A stretch of 64,000 bases of DNA, taken from Microbotryum violaceum (lineage: Eukaryota). The stretch lies in assembly GCA_001244265.2 (NCBI GenBank), contig CDLV01000019.1, positions 310,001 to 374,000 on the forward strand. Direction: 5' to 3'. Shown here one piece after another: positions 23,534 to 36,128 of the stretch; position 1 is the first letter of the stretch, and each line of letters begins with the position of its first letter. The position numbers were made by a program, and so were the translations under genes. The notes under the pieces are model-generated. The model was not told the origin of the DNA. It saw nothing but the letters and a program-made list of their open reading frames with translations, and made no database searches.

Positions 23534-25325
23534 CTACGGACTGGAGAACCAGTTCGGATCCCAGTCCCTCGTGACAGGAATATCTTGCGCGCGACAAAAC
23601 TTCCTTGCCCACGCTATCCGTTTCCCCTCCTCGACGATATCCGTCCTTTTCAATCCACCGTTACGGATGAAACCCGCAATGTTGGTCTGCTCTCGCAGTT
23701 GTTCAAGGAGGTAGATGGTCGATAAGAGCGCTTCGTCTTGGCCGCAGGGGTGAGTGGAAGCGATCTCGGTCGCTGAGGCTCGAGGGAGATCGACGGAAGG
23801 GGTTCGAAATCCTCGGGGTAAGGAAGCCCAGCGAGGAGGACTCGAAGGTGGGAGACTCGAGGGATCGAGCAGGAAGGGTTCGATGGGGAGATGATTGTAG
23901 GGTTGAGTCGCCTGTTGAAATCGAAATTGAAAAGTAAGAGTTCAAGCGTTATAACTCCACCCATTGTCCCGTGGAGAGACTTACAGCTTTGCCCTCTTCG
24001 TCATCCAATAACACCGTTCTTCTCGGTCCAAGCTCACCCCCCAGCACGCGCCAAAGCGGATCCAAATCCTTGGACGTCTCGACGTCGAGATCGAACTCTT
24101 TCGGCGTCAACCCCATCTTTTCCCTCGACCAAACCAACGCCAGCGCATCCCCCTCTTCCGCTTCCCACGATTGACCACCTTGAACCGAGTTCGCCCGCTC
24201 GTGGTCGACGAGTCCGACGGCCGCGAGCAGGGCCAGGACGTTCTTGGCCCTTGCCGACGAGTAGACCGCCAGGATCCATCTCGGTGACCCATCGGTGGTT
24301 TGACTGGTGAGGTAGTTGAGGAACGTGGCGAGGTAAGGTCGGGCGATCGGAGATCGTGAACCAGACGCATCTCGCTTCTTGCGAAACAACAACGTGTTGT
24401 TGAGGTCGAGGACGAGGCAAGGCGGTGAGGTCGGTTCGGGGAGGACGGACGAAGGCTCTTGAGCAATCGCGAGGTAGGCCTCGGTCGGTTCGGGGGGTGG
24501 CGCATCGCGCGCCCGCTTAAGTCGACGTTGTGGTCGGACGTATAGGCCACTACCACTGGTAAGTGCAGGCGGGGATCTGGCCCTCGGGCGAGCATGCGGT
24601 CGTTCATTACCCTGCCCGCGACCTTGCGCCGGAGCCGGGTGGGTCGGAGCATTCTGATAGTTTGGGGGCTGGGACAGAGGGTATGGCTGATTGGCTTGCG
24701 GGTACTGCTGTTGGTAGTCTTGATGATTCTGGGCATAGGGGAAAGGCGAGTACGGTGCTCCCCAGCGCTGGTGTTGATCCCACATGGGGGGTGTCGGCTC
24801 GAAGAAACCTCTTTGGAGCTGGGGCAGGAAGGCTGGGTTGTAGTGAACCCCATTGAATGATACAGTGCCATTGATCAAGGGTTGATGCGGAGAATAACCT
24901 CTGCGTGGATTGGAGTCAAAGCTGGGGTAGTTCAGTTCGGTGTAGCCCGTGCACTCTTTAACCCACACGCGCGGTCTCGGCAGAACTAACTCGGTCTGGC
25001 CGCCGATCGAAGCTGAATTGAACACCGGCGGTGCGTAAGGTGACTGACTAAACTGAGGCGGTGGGGATGCCATTGGGGCATAGGGCGGTATCGGCATTCC
25101 ATTCGGGTAGAATCGTGTGTGGGGCACGAACGGCATGTATTGCTGCTGTATCGGCTGCTGCTGCTGATGCTGGTGTGACACCTGCCATCTGCCGGCATCC
25201 CGTTCTGGAACCAACCTCCCACTCGGAGCAGCTCCTACAGCCCCCGGTCGTTGGTCCATGCGCTTCGCCTCTTGTTTCTGCTTTCGTATTAGCCTGGGTG
25301 ATCCTTTCTTCTTCTTGCCGGCCAT
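23534..25325 (-). CDS. NIF/FCP1-like HAD-superfamily domain protein with Q/P/Y-rich N-terminus
   Basis: LVLDLNNTLL, RPYLATFLNYL, VYSSA, VWSREKMGL, KDLDPLW, TVLLDD. An intron near 23911-23986 leads to exon ATQPYNHLPI...WFSSP*. Confidence 0.75.
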
Positions 25326-25873
25326 CGTATCGATGAGGCTGGCACACCACACGCGTCGCATTCAAGTGCTCAGTGCTCGCCGAGGTTGTCAGGCGCTCGG
25401 ACCACCCTGCAACGAAATGGGATGGTCCGCTGGCGGGAGCTGCAGTCGCCGAGCGAAGATGTCAGTCAAGAGCGTTACCATCCCTGGGACCCAGCTGAAC
25501 CCTTACCGAGGCAAGTTCGTACTTTCAGTGTAGGGCGAGTCGGTCTCCGGGTCGCTATCGGGAGGTAGCGACACAAGTGGAAGAGATGAGCTGGCCAACC
25601 TCCGCACGCCCCTCAGAGCGACGGCCCACCAAGCACCAAGGCCTACCAAGGCCCACCAAAGCCCACCAGGCACCCAGGGCCGACCGCGGACGCCCATCCG
25701 GCGCGCCGCTCCCCTGACGGGAGCTCGACGTCCAGCAGCCAGCAGAGCTAGCAGAGCAAAGGACTGAGTTTTCAAGCTCGCTCTCCTTCAAAGGTTGAAG
25801 TCACGGCATGGTCCATATTATATCCGAGGTGGTACTGATGGTAAAGCTATGGGATACTGATGGGGAACTTCTA

Positions 25874-27329
25874 CTATTGAGGCGGGGACAGGGTGAATTC
25901 ACGGAAAAACGGTCTCTAGACCAGCTAGAGAAGATATGACACGAGCAAGGGAACAGTATGGCGCCTCAAGCTCAAATAATTTGGGAATAGCACCGAACCT
26001 TCTTCGCAGGCTGGGCTGGGATTTGAATTTGGGCTGGGCGATGCTTGCGAACGCGAGCGGCGCCGACGACCGAAGCCGTTTCGTCTTGGAACGTCATGGA
26101 TGAAATGTGCGGTGCTCGACCGAAGATGATCGCATATGGTAGTACGGGTGACTCGGGTGGTGAGAGCGGTACGCACTCGTTAGGCACCGTCAGGGACTTC
26201 TCGAGGCTCTCCGGTGGCGGCATCGGAAGCAGGACCGAGGGGAACGGCACAGCCGCACAGGGGCTCTGGAGTGCGGGGGCGGCGGAGGTGGGTTTGACCT
26301 TGCGTCTCCTCGGGGCTCGGGTCTTCGAACGTCGCGAGGAACCTTCGAACGTATCCGTCCATTGGAGTCTTCGGTCGTCGAGAACTTCTTCGGCCATGGA
26401 TGTTCCCGGCCGGCTCAAGGTGAACGACCCGTTCGGAGCCCGGTGGCGGCTCGCGACGAACGGCTTCAGGACCAATCGAGAAGTAGATGTCGCCGGTGGA
26501 AGATATGGACTGGAGGGGGATGACGGCAGCCAACGCGTCGAGCATGCGAAGGCCGTATTGTCGTCCGTCTCGAAGACACAAGGCTTGGCTGACGATTGGT
26601 TCAATGGGTTGCTGAGGCCGCGATAGGGGAAGAAGGGTGACGTTCGCGACCGCTTCTGCGATATTGTGGCATGTGTGGGCGCAGGTGCCGCAAAGGTGGG
26701 TTTGATCTATTACCGCAGTGGTGAACAAAACTATCAGCATTCACTCTCAAGAGCAGGCGAACATACCGAAGATCAAGCAGCAACGTGATCTGAGGACTTA
26801 CCCACTCCTCCAGTTCCATCGGCGGCTCGGCGACGCAATTTAGACCCCTCGACGGGCCACTGGCAGCGGCATGGGCGACGACGCTCGAGTAGGAATAGAG
26901 CAAGTCCATGTTGTAGCACAGGATATAATTGTAATCAAACATGCCTTGCTCGATCATGGGTGACGGAGGAATACTGCCGCACATGGGCGATGACATGATG
27001 CCCGACGCGTTGGCCTCGGAGTCGATGGCGGCTGTCGGAGACTCCAGCACTTGGAAGTCGGCTGTCGGAGCCGTCACAAAGTGGTCGTAGTCGCTGGACA
27101 TGTATTGACTGTAATTTTCGTGACCAGGCGTTTCGAAGGTTTTGCAGCTTGGCGTTTGTGGAGTGAGCGGCCAATCGGTGGAGGGTGTGATGGGAGCTTC
27201 GCACTGAGTCGGCGACGAGGCGAATGTGTAAGTGCCGAGCGACTCAGCAAGGTGGACAGAGTCGTAAAAGTCGATGTCGGGTGAGCCAGAGCCTTCAAGC
27301 GATGGGATACTGATGTTCATACTGTTCAC
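25874..27329 (-). CDS. hypothetical Pro/Ser-rich protein (about 3 exons)
   Basis: ORF 26601-27329 splices at GTAAGT..AATAG into the frame of ORF 25972-26604. Probable last exon RPFFREFTLSPPQ*. No known domain recognised. Confidence 0.5.
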
Positions 27330-28631
27330 TTGGATGAAAAAGAGAAAAGAGCGAAAAATGGAGTCTTGCAGGGTGATGGCGCCGAAGTCGCATCGGCGGC
27401 GACCCCGATCGCAAATGAGAGCGGAGCCCGGAGCAAATCTCGATCAGGGCGGCCGAGGCGTCGTAGGTCTCACCAGCGCCTTCGCCGCGAGACTTATTTC
27501 AAATAGCTCGCTTCGCGCTGTGGTTCGCGCTCGACGCTCGAAGTGTGTCGGTACCTGGCCGTAGGCACCGGTTCCCCGACCCCGACCGGCACCGTCATGC
27601 TGTTCCCTGCCAGATGCTCGGACCCTCCTGTTCGAAAACGCTGCTTGTAGTCCACGACCCTTAAAACTTAAAGAATAAAAAACGTCGTCGAGACAAAGAA
27701 TCTTCTAGAACAAAAGACAAACCACGTGGCGTGACGTCATCAGCAGCTCTCGGTCCAACGCGTCCCAGCTAGCTAGCGCTGTTTCAGACCGTTTCGCCTA
27801 CGTTCGCCGAGGTTCCATTGAATAGCACGTGACTCTCTGTGTCCCGAAGCAGACTGTTTTGCGTGTCTACCACGTCGACGTCAAAGAACGTCAGAGAACG
27901 GGAGACAAATCACGTGGCGACAGACCGTTCCGTCCACGTTCGCCGAGGTTCCATTTCCCATCAAAGCAGCCTGGCACATGACCTTCTGCTTCGGGCTTCA
28001 CTCCACGGCGTTCCGCGGCCTTCCACGACATTCTATGAGTCCGGTTCAAACTGAGGCGCAGGCTTCCCCATCTTTCTCCCTCCTGCTCTTCACACCTCGC
28101 CCATCGCACCTCATCCCATCGCCACCTCGAGCTCGCGACATCCGAAGCGGTCGTCGTGGAAGCTCTGCAACGAATACGGGATCAAGAAATGCTTGCCGCA
28201 TGCAACATAGCTACGCATTCGAGTAAGTAGCTTCATGAACTATGTTCTTGGTGTGAGATTGTTCAGAAGCTAATGGAAAACTACCAAGCAGCAGTTCCCT
28301 TCAACACGTCTTCTTTGAATGTCAACCTCGAGTCGTTTTTCTTCACCATCGGCTGGTGACATTGCATGCGTGAGTTATCCCTTGACATGGCTGTGCAGTT
28401 TTAGATATGACGGACAAACTGATACGAAAAGCAGACATTGGACGTCAGTGACACAACGGAAGGATTGACTTCGTTCGGTTGAGAATCCGGGTCGTTAGTT
28501 AGGACACAAAATGTGAGTCTTCACTGCCATAGCTACAGATGAACAACAGCAAGAATACTAATAGTTGTAACGAATCACTCAAGAAAACGGGCTCTGGTCG
28601 TGTGAATTGCGGCTCACCATCCGTGGCAGAT

Positions 28632-29480
28632 CCTCAACGTCTTGGTTCGGTGGGGTGACCATCGCGTTGGCAGGTATGTGCCAATCTTTCAAAAGCAAAG
28701 CGCAGGGCAGCATGACTAACTGACCGGTTGGACCGTAACATCACAGGGATCCGAAGCAATGCCTTCCCGTCACCCTCAACGGCTCGGTTCGGTGGAGTGA
28801 CCGTCGTGTTGGCAGGTATGTGCCATCTTTCCAAAGCAAAGCGCAGGGCAGCATGATTAACTGACCGGTTGGACTGTAACATCACAGGGGATTCGAAGCA
28901 ATGCCTTCCCGTTATTCCCAAGTCATCGCCTACACAAATCGTCGACGCTTGCATCATGAATGTTGACTTCTGCGGGGATCTCTCTAAGTAGTAGTCCTTG
29001 CCTGACCTTTAGACCCTATACTAACAACGGCACGGTGCGGGCGCAGATCAACAATGCGTCTTCTGGTTTCTGGCCGCTGCAGACCGCATGACCGAAACGG
29101 AACAGGCAAAGGCACAGCGCTTTGCAGATTTCTTCGGAGTTGGGGACGGCTTGGCAAGCAAAACAGAAGACTTCATCGCGCTCCCACGTGAACTTCTCCT
29201 GCCAGCGACCACGAGGAACAGATCCGGGTTGATCAGACACGTTTATCCCGTCCCGCGCTCGAACTGGACAATATGTCGATAGGCGAAAAAGTCGAATACT
29301 TCCGAGAGCGACCAAAACTGGCGCCCAAAAATTCGCAGGTGGACCACATCAACGACATGGTGCTCGACCTGCTGCCGGGTGACGCTCAAACGTTCTACAG
29401 CGCAGATTCGGTCGAAAAAGAAGACGAGTCACACTGTTCTCGGTCGAGTATCTTCAGAGTCTCAACATCACCGGGATGGC
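28632..29480 (+). mobile_element. Helitron RepHel fragment (PIF1-like helicase), degenerate
   Basis: RFGGVTVVLAG|intron|(G)DSKQCLPVIPKSSPTQIVDACI, then [68 protein letters not shown]. These match Helitron/PIF1 motifs. Frameshifted. Confidence 0.85.
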
Positions 29481-29705
29481 GTAGCTCCACACTCGACGCG
29501 GGTCTCGACGACGGTCTTAGCCGATCAGCGGGCTCCCAGTGATGAAACAAGAGGCGCTGATGCAGCCCCGTCGATGTTTCCAGCTGGTCGAAAGGATATT
29601 CCAACATGTACGGCTCGGTTCGATTGGCAGCTCGCAAGTCAAGCTTGCGACACCCGTGAAAAGGTCTACGCACTCGACACGGGTCTCGACGACGGTCTGA
29701 GCCCA

Positions 29706-30590
29706 TCATCGGGCTCCCGGAGAACGAAAAAGTAGTTCAATGATGAAATGAAGGCTCTGTACATTTGATTGTCTGCTTTGAGCCCGGAGTTCCCAGATAG
29801 GAGAGATCGGTGATAGCAGCCTCATGATGCAGGCCACGAGATCAGTCTTGTCGGCATGAGACGCTCGTGACGCGCTCTGGTGAGACAGAGTCACTTCAAG
29901 GGCGTAATCAAAGATCTTCTCGACAGACCGGTTCGCGTTCAAGGCCGAGAATTTCAGCGATGTGGCGGTGGCGACGGGGTAGAGTTCGGCGAAGTAGATG
30001 GCCTGGACCCAACGATCCATGCGGTTTCCGGGTACAGCACCCATGGCTTTTAGGAGGCTGCCCAGAGCCTTGGCACGCTGTTGTTTTTGTTGCTGTTGGT
30101 CAGGTGACTGAGTTACCATCTGACTCGCAGTGGCGGCATAGTTGGGTGCGACGGTGGCAGGGCCCGTGACTTGCGTCTTCTTCGAGCTTATCGGAATTTG
30201 GTTGCAGGGCGAAAGGCACGAGATTGCTCTCGAGCCTCACTGGTTCCGAGTCCAAACTGAAAGGATCAAACGGTGTAATTTGCAGGCAAAGAAAGACTAC
30301 GAAAAGGACTAAGGTCAAGAGACGCGGCGGCGCCGCGCGCAAGGGCAAGCGTGAGGCCGCAGAGGTCAGCTCGAGGTTGTCGTGAGGCGTAAGCGGAGTG
30401 GCGCCTTACACAGGGTGGCTGGACGCTGGTGGTGGACACCGGTGGGGGCGGTGCCGGCGGTGGAGACCCAGGGTCTCCTGTAGACATCTTGTTGGTGTAT
30501 CACTTGTTAACTTGAGTATCAAAGACTGCGTTAGAGCGATTTCGAAGTGAAGTGAAGTGAAGTTTTTTTTTTGTTTAACTGGGCTCATAA
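29706..30590 (-). mobile_element. probable Ty1/copia 5' internal fragment (PBS-like motif plus degenerate gag)
   Basis: Minus-strand TTATGAGCCC (30581-30590) resembles the fungal copia PBS motif GGTTATGAGCCC. It lies about 95 nt upstream of ATG 30487, followed by broken Pro-rich and helical ORFs. Confidence 0.5.
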
Positions 30591-31130
30591 ATTACGATCC
30601 TTCGGGTTGGCTAGAATTGCTACAAAAAGAGCTAAAAGAGGTAATAAAGCAACGACGACAAGCAGCTGGGTGAAAATCAAACCCCTGCGCGCAAAGAGCG
30701 CTGCGCAGATCAAAGCCCGCCAAGCACCTAACGCGGACTCCAACGGGCGGTGAATACTGCTGCCGCTTCACGTCCCAAGCGCGGGAGCAAAGATACTCAA
30801 AACCAGGCAAGAGCGCCTAGAGAAAGAAGGAAGAGAATATACAGAAAGTCACAAACAGGAACACCAAGAAAGGAAAATACTAAAACAAGGGGAAAGGAGG
30901 GGGAGGAGGGGGGACACACCCGAGGGACCAAGAAAGGGGTCGAAGCTAGGAATAGAGGTCCCCAAAGACTAACAGGCCGCAGCCAAGCCCCAGCTACTTG
31001 TCACCCCGACAACGCCCGATGGCCCTCCTTGGCTGAGTCTCGAGTGCTGGCTGTTGAGCCGTTGGAAGTCGGGCAAAAAAATGATCCAATAAAACGAACA
31101 AGCCTTCTTCCCAATCCACGCCGACCTGCT

Positions 31131-31135
<5 letters not shown>

Positions 31136-31173
<38 letters not shown>
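31136..31173. repeat. poly(T)38 tract
   Basis: 38 consecutive T, counted directly. Confidence 0.95.
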
Positions 31174-31428
31174 CTTCTTACTCGTGCCCCTGTTCCCCTG
31201 GGAGCGAGGTCTCAGGGTATCCCGCCGCGGAGGTCCGCTGAGGCGGCGACATCATGAAGCAACGAACATGGTTCACCACAGGTTCCTCTCGCGCGGCAGC
31301 AGAGGTGCATGGATGACAATTTGACATTCCATTACTACCGAATAATATAAAACGTGACGCTCTCAGGTGTCAAATATCCGTAAGTTTTCCCACGAGAACC
31401 AACCGGGCAAGCTTTCGCTCCTACATCT

Positions 31429-33835
31429 TCACATGATGAAGGCCCAGACCTTCATAATGAAGTTCTTGGGCTTCTTCTCCACCTCCTCCTCCTCCTCGGG
31501 TCGCGATCCCGAGATCAAGTCGGACTCGCCGTAAGGGACGAGGGGACCACCCTTGGTGAAGCGGTAGCCGAAGTAGAGAACGGGGAAGAACAGGATGGGG
31601 AAGTACGAGGTGATGAAGGTCGCTTTGTCAAAGTGGCCGTCGACGTGCACGAAGACCTCCCATCCGTTGAAGAAGAGGACAATCAACGAGAAGATGAGAG
31701 CGTAGTAGGCCAAGAAGGGTTGCAGGGGTGCCTTGTAAACCAGGGTGTCGCGCGACAGGCCCTGCGCCTTCATCGCCTTGCTGAAACGGATGCTGTTCGG
31801 GTGAAGAGCGCGCGAATCAATGACTCGTGTTCCTTCGGTGTCACTTGGACGCATCAGCTCAGATCAACTTACTAAGTGAAGCAGATTCCGGTCCAGGTCG
31901 ACAATCCGCACACCGAAGTCATGTTCGCGAACCATCCGAAAACCTCTCCCGCGGACGAGGAGCCCACCGACATGAACGCAAGGAACGAGAACAAGATACC
32001 GACGATGACGCAGATGTAAGGAAGACCCCATCGGTTGGTTTTGCGAAGGAACTTGGGCGCATTGCCGTTTAAGGCAAGTCCGTAGAGTGCGCGCGAACTG
32101 ACGTACAAGTCCGACGATGCGGCCGACCACGCGGAGGTCAACAAGCAGGCGTTGATGATCGAAGGAAGGGCGGGGATACCAGCGTTGTTGATGGCGATAA
32201 CGAACGGCGACCGGGCGGCGGTACCCACTTTGAGGTTCAGGCGAGGGTCCTGGGTGATGAGAACACGGCATAACAGAGTCAGATTCAGAACGCGTTCAGT
32301 GGTGGCAGGACGTTCCGCCTGTCGTAAGAGACTCACGTCGGAAGCGACCAAAAGACCGATGACGAAGACACCGAGAATGTAGAAGAGTAAGATTCGGACG
32401 TAGATGCGGCGGATGGCCTTGGGAAGCGTTTTCTTGGGGTTCTTGGCCTCACCAGCGGTGATGGCGACGATCTCCGTACCGATGTAGGAGAAGGCGGCTT
32501 GGATGAGGACAGCCCAGAAACCGAGGAAACGACCTTTGGCGCCTTCGAGACCGAGATACTGGACGAACACTCCAGGGTTGCGCCAGTACCTGAAACCGAT
32601 AGGGTCACCAGTTACTCCGCCAGCGTCCAAGATGATGCCCAAGATGATCAAGCCGACGATGGTCAAAACCTTGATGATGGCGAACCAGAACTCGCACTCT
32701 CCGTACATCTTGGTACCACCAACGTTAATAGCAGCAGCCTGATTATGCGGAAACAAACATCAAGAAACCGGAAGTCAGGACAGCCGAGCAAAAAGGACAG
32801 GGCGCTCGTTCCGCACGATGGCGCTGCGAACTTACGACAACGAGGCAGACGGCAATCCAGACACCGGGGTTGACCTTGTTGTTCCAGTAACCAATAAGAA
32901 CCGCAGCAGCATTGAGCTCGGCAGGCAGAACGATAGTCCAGTTGTACCAGTAATTCCAGCCCATGGCGAAAGAGAATGCGGGGTTGACGAAGCGTTGAGC
33001 GAGCGAGATGTGGCCACCAGGGATGGGGAGCGCGGCAATCATTTCACCGAGCGAGACCATGACACCGAAGGTGATGGATCCCATGGCGGCAAAACCCATC
33101 AGCAGACCCAAAGGCCCACCGTGTCGGAGAGCGTTGGCCGTTCCCATGAAGAGACCGGTTCCGACGACACCACCTGGCACGGCGGGACGACACAACGCAC
33201 GGTCAGGACAGACTCTTCTTGCAGATTCAACGCTTGCTCTTCGCGTGCACGTAGGCACGTAGCGAGCATGTTCCGTCACTCACTAATCGAAATCATCTGG
33301 ATGTGTCTCGACTTGAGTCTGATTGGGTGGCGAGCACGATAAATGGACAGGAGACGCGAGTAGCGGATGAGGGGTAAAATCAAGTCAGCGTATGCCTTCG
33401 AAGATCGACTTTGGCAGAAGACTACGCCGCTGTACCACGGCTACCCGTGTTACTCGTGCAAAGGCGAATGCAAATAGTAGCACGGTAAATCCGCGTCACA
33501 TGGGCGGGAGTAACCTCCGCGACGTGCAAACCACCGCGGGCAAGAGTTCACGCGATCTGCCCGTTAAGGCCGTATCGTTCGCCCCCGATTCTCCAACGAG
33601 CATGGTATAGCAGAGCACGCTATGGGCATGATGCCGCGAAGATGGCGACAAAACCCGCCTCGAACTGTAGTGTGCTAAGAAAGGTGGGTATGGTGACTCA
33701 CTGTCGTTGCAGGGGCGCATTGTCTCCAGTCATTTGGTCCAGGGGCTGGCCGCCCGGGGGGTAGGCGGTGGCGGTGGGTCCATCGATCGACTCGCCCTTC
33801 TCGTAGTCGGTGTGATCCTTGAATTGGTTTGACAT
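31429..33835 (-). CDS. amino-acid permease (APC superfamily, yeast amino acid transporter family; DIP5/GAP1-like)
   Basis: LQRQ|LKSRHIQMISI|GGVVGTGLF, GGPLGLL, FAMGWNYWYNW, YGECEFWFAIIKV, AAFSYIGTE, AGEAKNP, SPFVIAI, SSRALYGLA. Confidence 0.93.
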
Positions 33836-34979
33836 GCTACATAAGGTCAAGTTCAATCGAGACGGAACGAGATCAGTTCCGTCAAGTGGGCGACGGGGCG
33901 GAGCAGCCATAGAAACAAGGGAGAGTCAAGGGGATCAGTTCAGTGCTCGTTGTCTCACACAGAAGGGAGCTGAAGGGAAGGATTCCCTGGTCGGAAAAGC
34001 CAACCAAGATCACTCATGCTCAGGCGCGCGCCAGATGTACCACTTACCTGACGGAGGCCGGATGTCGATGCGGAGGATGATATGCAAAGGAAGGAGCCAA
34101 AAGGCAAGAGAGAATCCACCACGAAGCGGGGTGAGATACGACCGCGAAAAAAGGAGAGACCTGGCCGCTCTCGCGTTTTTCCTATTCTATAGATCGCGAG
34201 AGTTGTCTGGAAACGCGGGGACTATCGCGACGAGTCCCGCACTGCGAGAGCCAATGGCATCGGAGCTTTGGAATTCGGCCATTTGGACCCTGGGTCGTTA
34301 ACTAATTCAACTTGAATGTCATTGGCCCAGCGATCGCAGCGCCCAGCAGAAACCGAGGGAAGGTGTTGTTTGAATTGAGAGGCCACTACAGCCAGTGATC
34401 GACGCGAGGTTCTCCGAGCGATTGCGCAATGTGATTGATCGACTCCTTCGTAGAGCGCGCGCACGGTTTACAGCAGGACTTGACCTATTTTAGTCAGACC
34501 GAGGGGCTAGGAGCCGAACAGCACCGCTCCGGGGTCGACCAATTGGAGCGGCGCGCCTAATCACCCACAGGGGCGCGGAATCTAGATCTGTAAGGGTTTG
34601 ATCCCTCAAATGTCGCGAGAATTGCTATTAACGCACCGCGGGGCGGCGACCAGTCCCTGAACCTCCCTCCACTGCACTGTGCCCTGTATAAAGTCACAGT
34701 CACACTCACACACCCATGGCCCGAGGATAGGCAGTACCTCCTACTTAGCCGAAAGTGAATAACCGCCACAAGACAAGGCTAGAGGCTCTAACGACAAATC
34801 CACATTTCGTTCAAGAGCCAGCCGCGCGGCCGGAGCAGACTTCACGATCCTTGTCGGCGGCCTCTCCTCCGAAGTTATTGACGCCGTCGCCTGCGCGTGA
34901 GGCGGACTCATGTTCGGCTGACGAGCCCTGCATGTACGCAGTCGAACCTCTACACGAGCTAGTATCTTAACTGCCTGGC

Positions 34980-35730
34980 TGGAATCAGATTCCAACTTTA
35001 TGCCCTGCTCCCATCACTGAGGCGGATCGGGCCTTACGGCCTGCTCTTATTCCCGAGCCTGGTGTGCCTTTACTGCCAGCGCTGCCTCAAGTTTCAACTT
35101 CCTCGTTTTCAACGCGGACCATGGTGAGGTCGCTCCTATTCCTGTACCAGCTGGCGGCCCGTTGGCCGAAGGGGTTGAAGACGAAAGAGGAGCCTATCGA
35201 TCATCGACGCGAGGAGGCTGTTGAGGCTGTTAACAGTTACGAAGACGACGACCCTGCGGAGCGTGATCCGCCTCTACCTCCTGACGATGGTCACGAGTAC
35301 CGGCCTTATCGTGTCGGTCGCACCCCGGGCCTGCTCAAGAACATTAACGAGGGCAACACTCTACCGGTTCGCACGCGTGCTCAGCGTCGCGTCGCCGCCC
35401 TCAGTATTGTGTCCACAACCAGAGCTCATCGCTTTGGTTTCCACTCGTCATCCACCGCTTCCCAAGACCTTCAAGGATGCGATGGCTTCGCCCGAGGCCG
35501 AGTCCTGGTACGCTGCGTCGATCAAGGAACTTAACTCCATGGGCTTGCACAAGGTGTTCAAGCTTTCGAGTCCACCTACTGGGGCTCGTGCCCTGGGCTA
35601 TCGTTGGGTGTTTACTCGAAAGGAAGTCGCCGAGGGCAACATCATCAACTACAAGGCTCAGCTAGTCGTCCAACGCTTTGCTCCACGAGTGGGGTTGACT
35701 ACAACAAGACGCTTGCTCTTGTCTCGAATC
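34980..35730 (+). mobile_element. Ty1/copia pol fragment (reverse transcriptase N-terminal part)
   Basis: PKTFKDAMASPEAESWYAASIKELNSM...GYRWVFTRK...YKAQLVVQRF, then frameshifted GVDYNKTLALV. Truncated near 35730. Confidence 0.88.
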
Positions 35731-36128
35731 CTGAGGGGCACGAAGTTTAGGCGCCCGTGCCACTGCATTGCCGGAGGACCTGTCCCTCCAAGCGCGAGTC
35801 TCGACGGTGCAGACAAGCGCACACAGATCACCTTCAAGGAGGATGGTGCGTGCAAATCGCCCGGGGTGCCCATGGACAGTCACGGGGAGTGGCGTCGGAG
35901 ATCCTTCGGCGCACTTGCGACCGGTAAAAAAACCCTTTCGGACATCCGCATGAAATCGACTAGTTCTCCCAAGCGATTCGCCCCCTGTGCATTTTCCCAA
36001 TGACTGCACACACGCTTGTCGGCCCATCCATCAGATCCTGGAGCCTACAAAAGCAAAAATGTAAAGTAGTACTTACACCTTGGGGACGATTAACTGGTGG
36101 TGGGTGAAGACCACCTGCGGCTTCGTCG

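Noticed and set aside
33317-33700. TPP riboswitch in the long permease intron
   Set aside because: The conserved CUGAGA and CUGAU..GUAAU..GCG.AGG cores were not found.
31181-35743. TCGTGCCCC ... GGGGCACGA inverted 9-mers flanking the permease (gene-capturing transposon?)
   Set aside because: Only 9 bp, no extension, no TSD. Compatible with chance or unrelated repeat ends.
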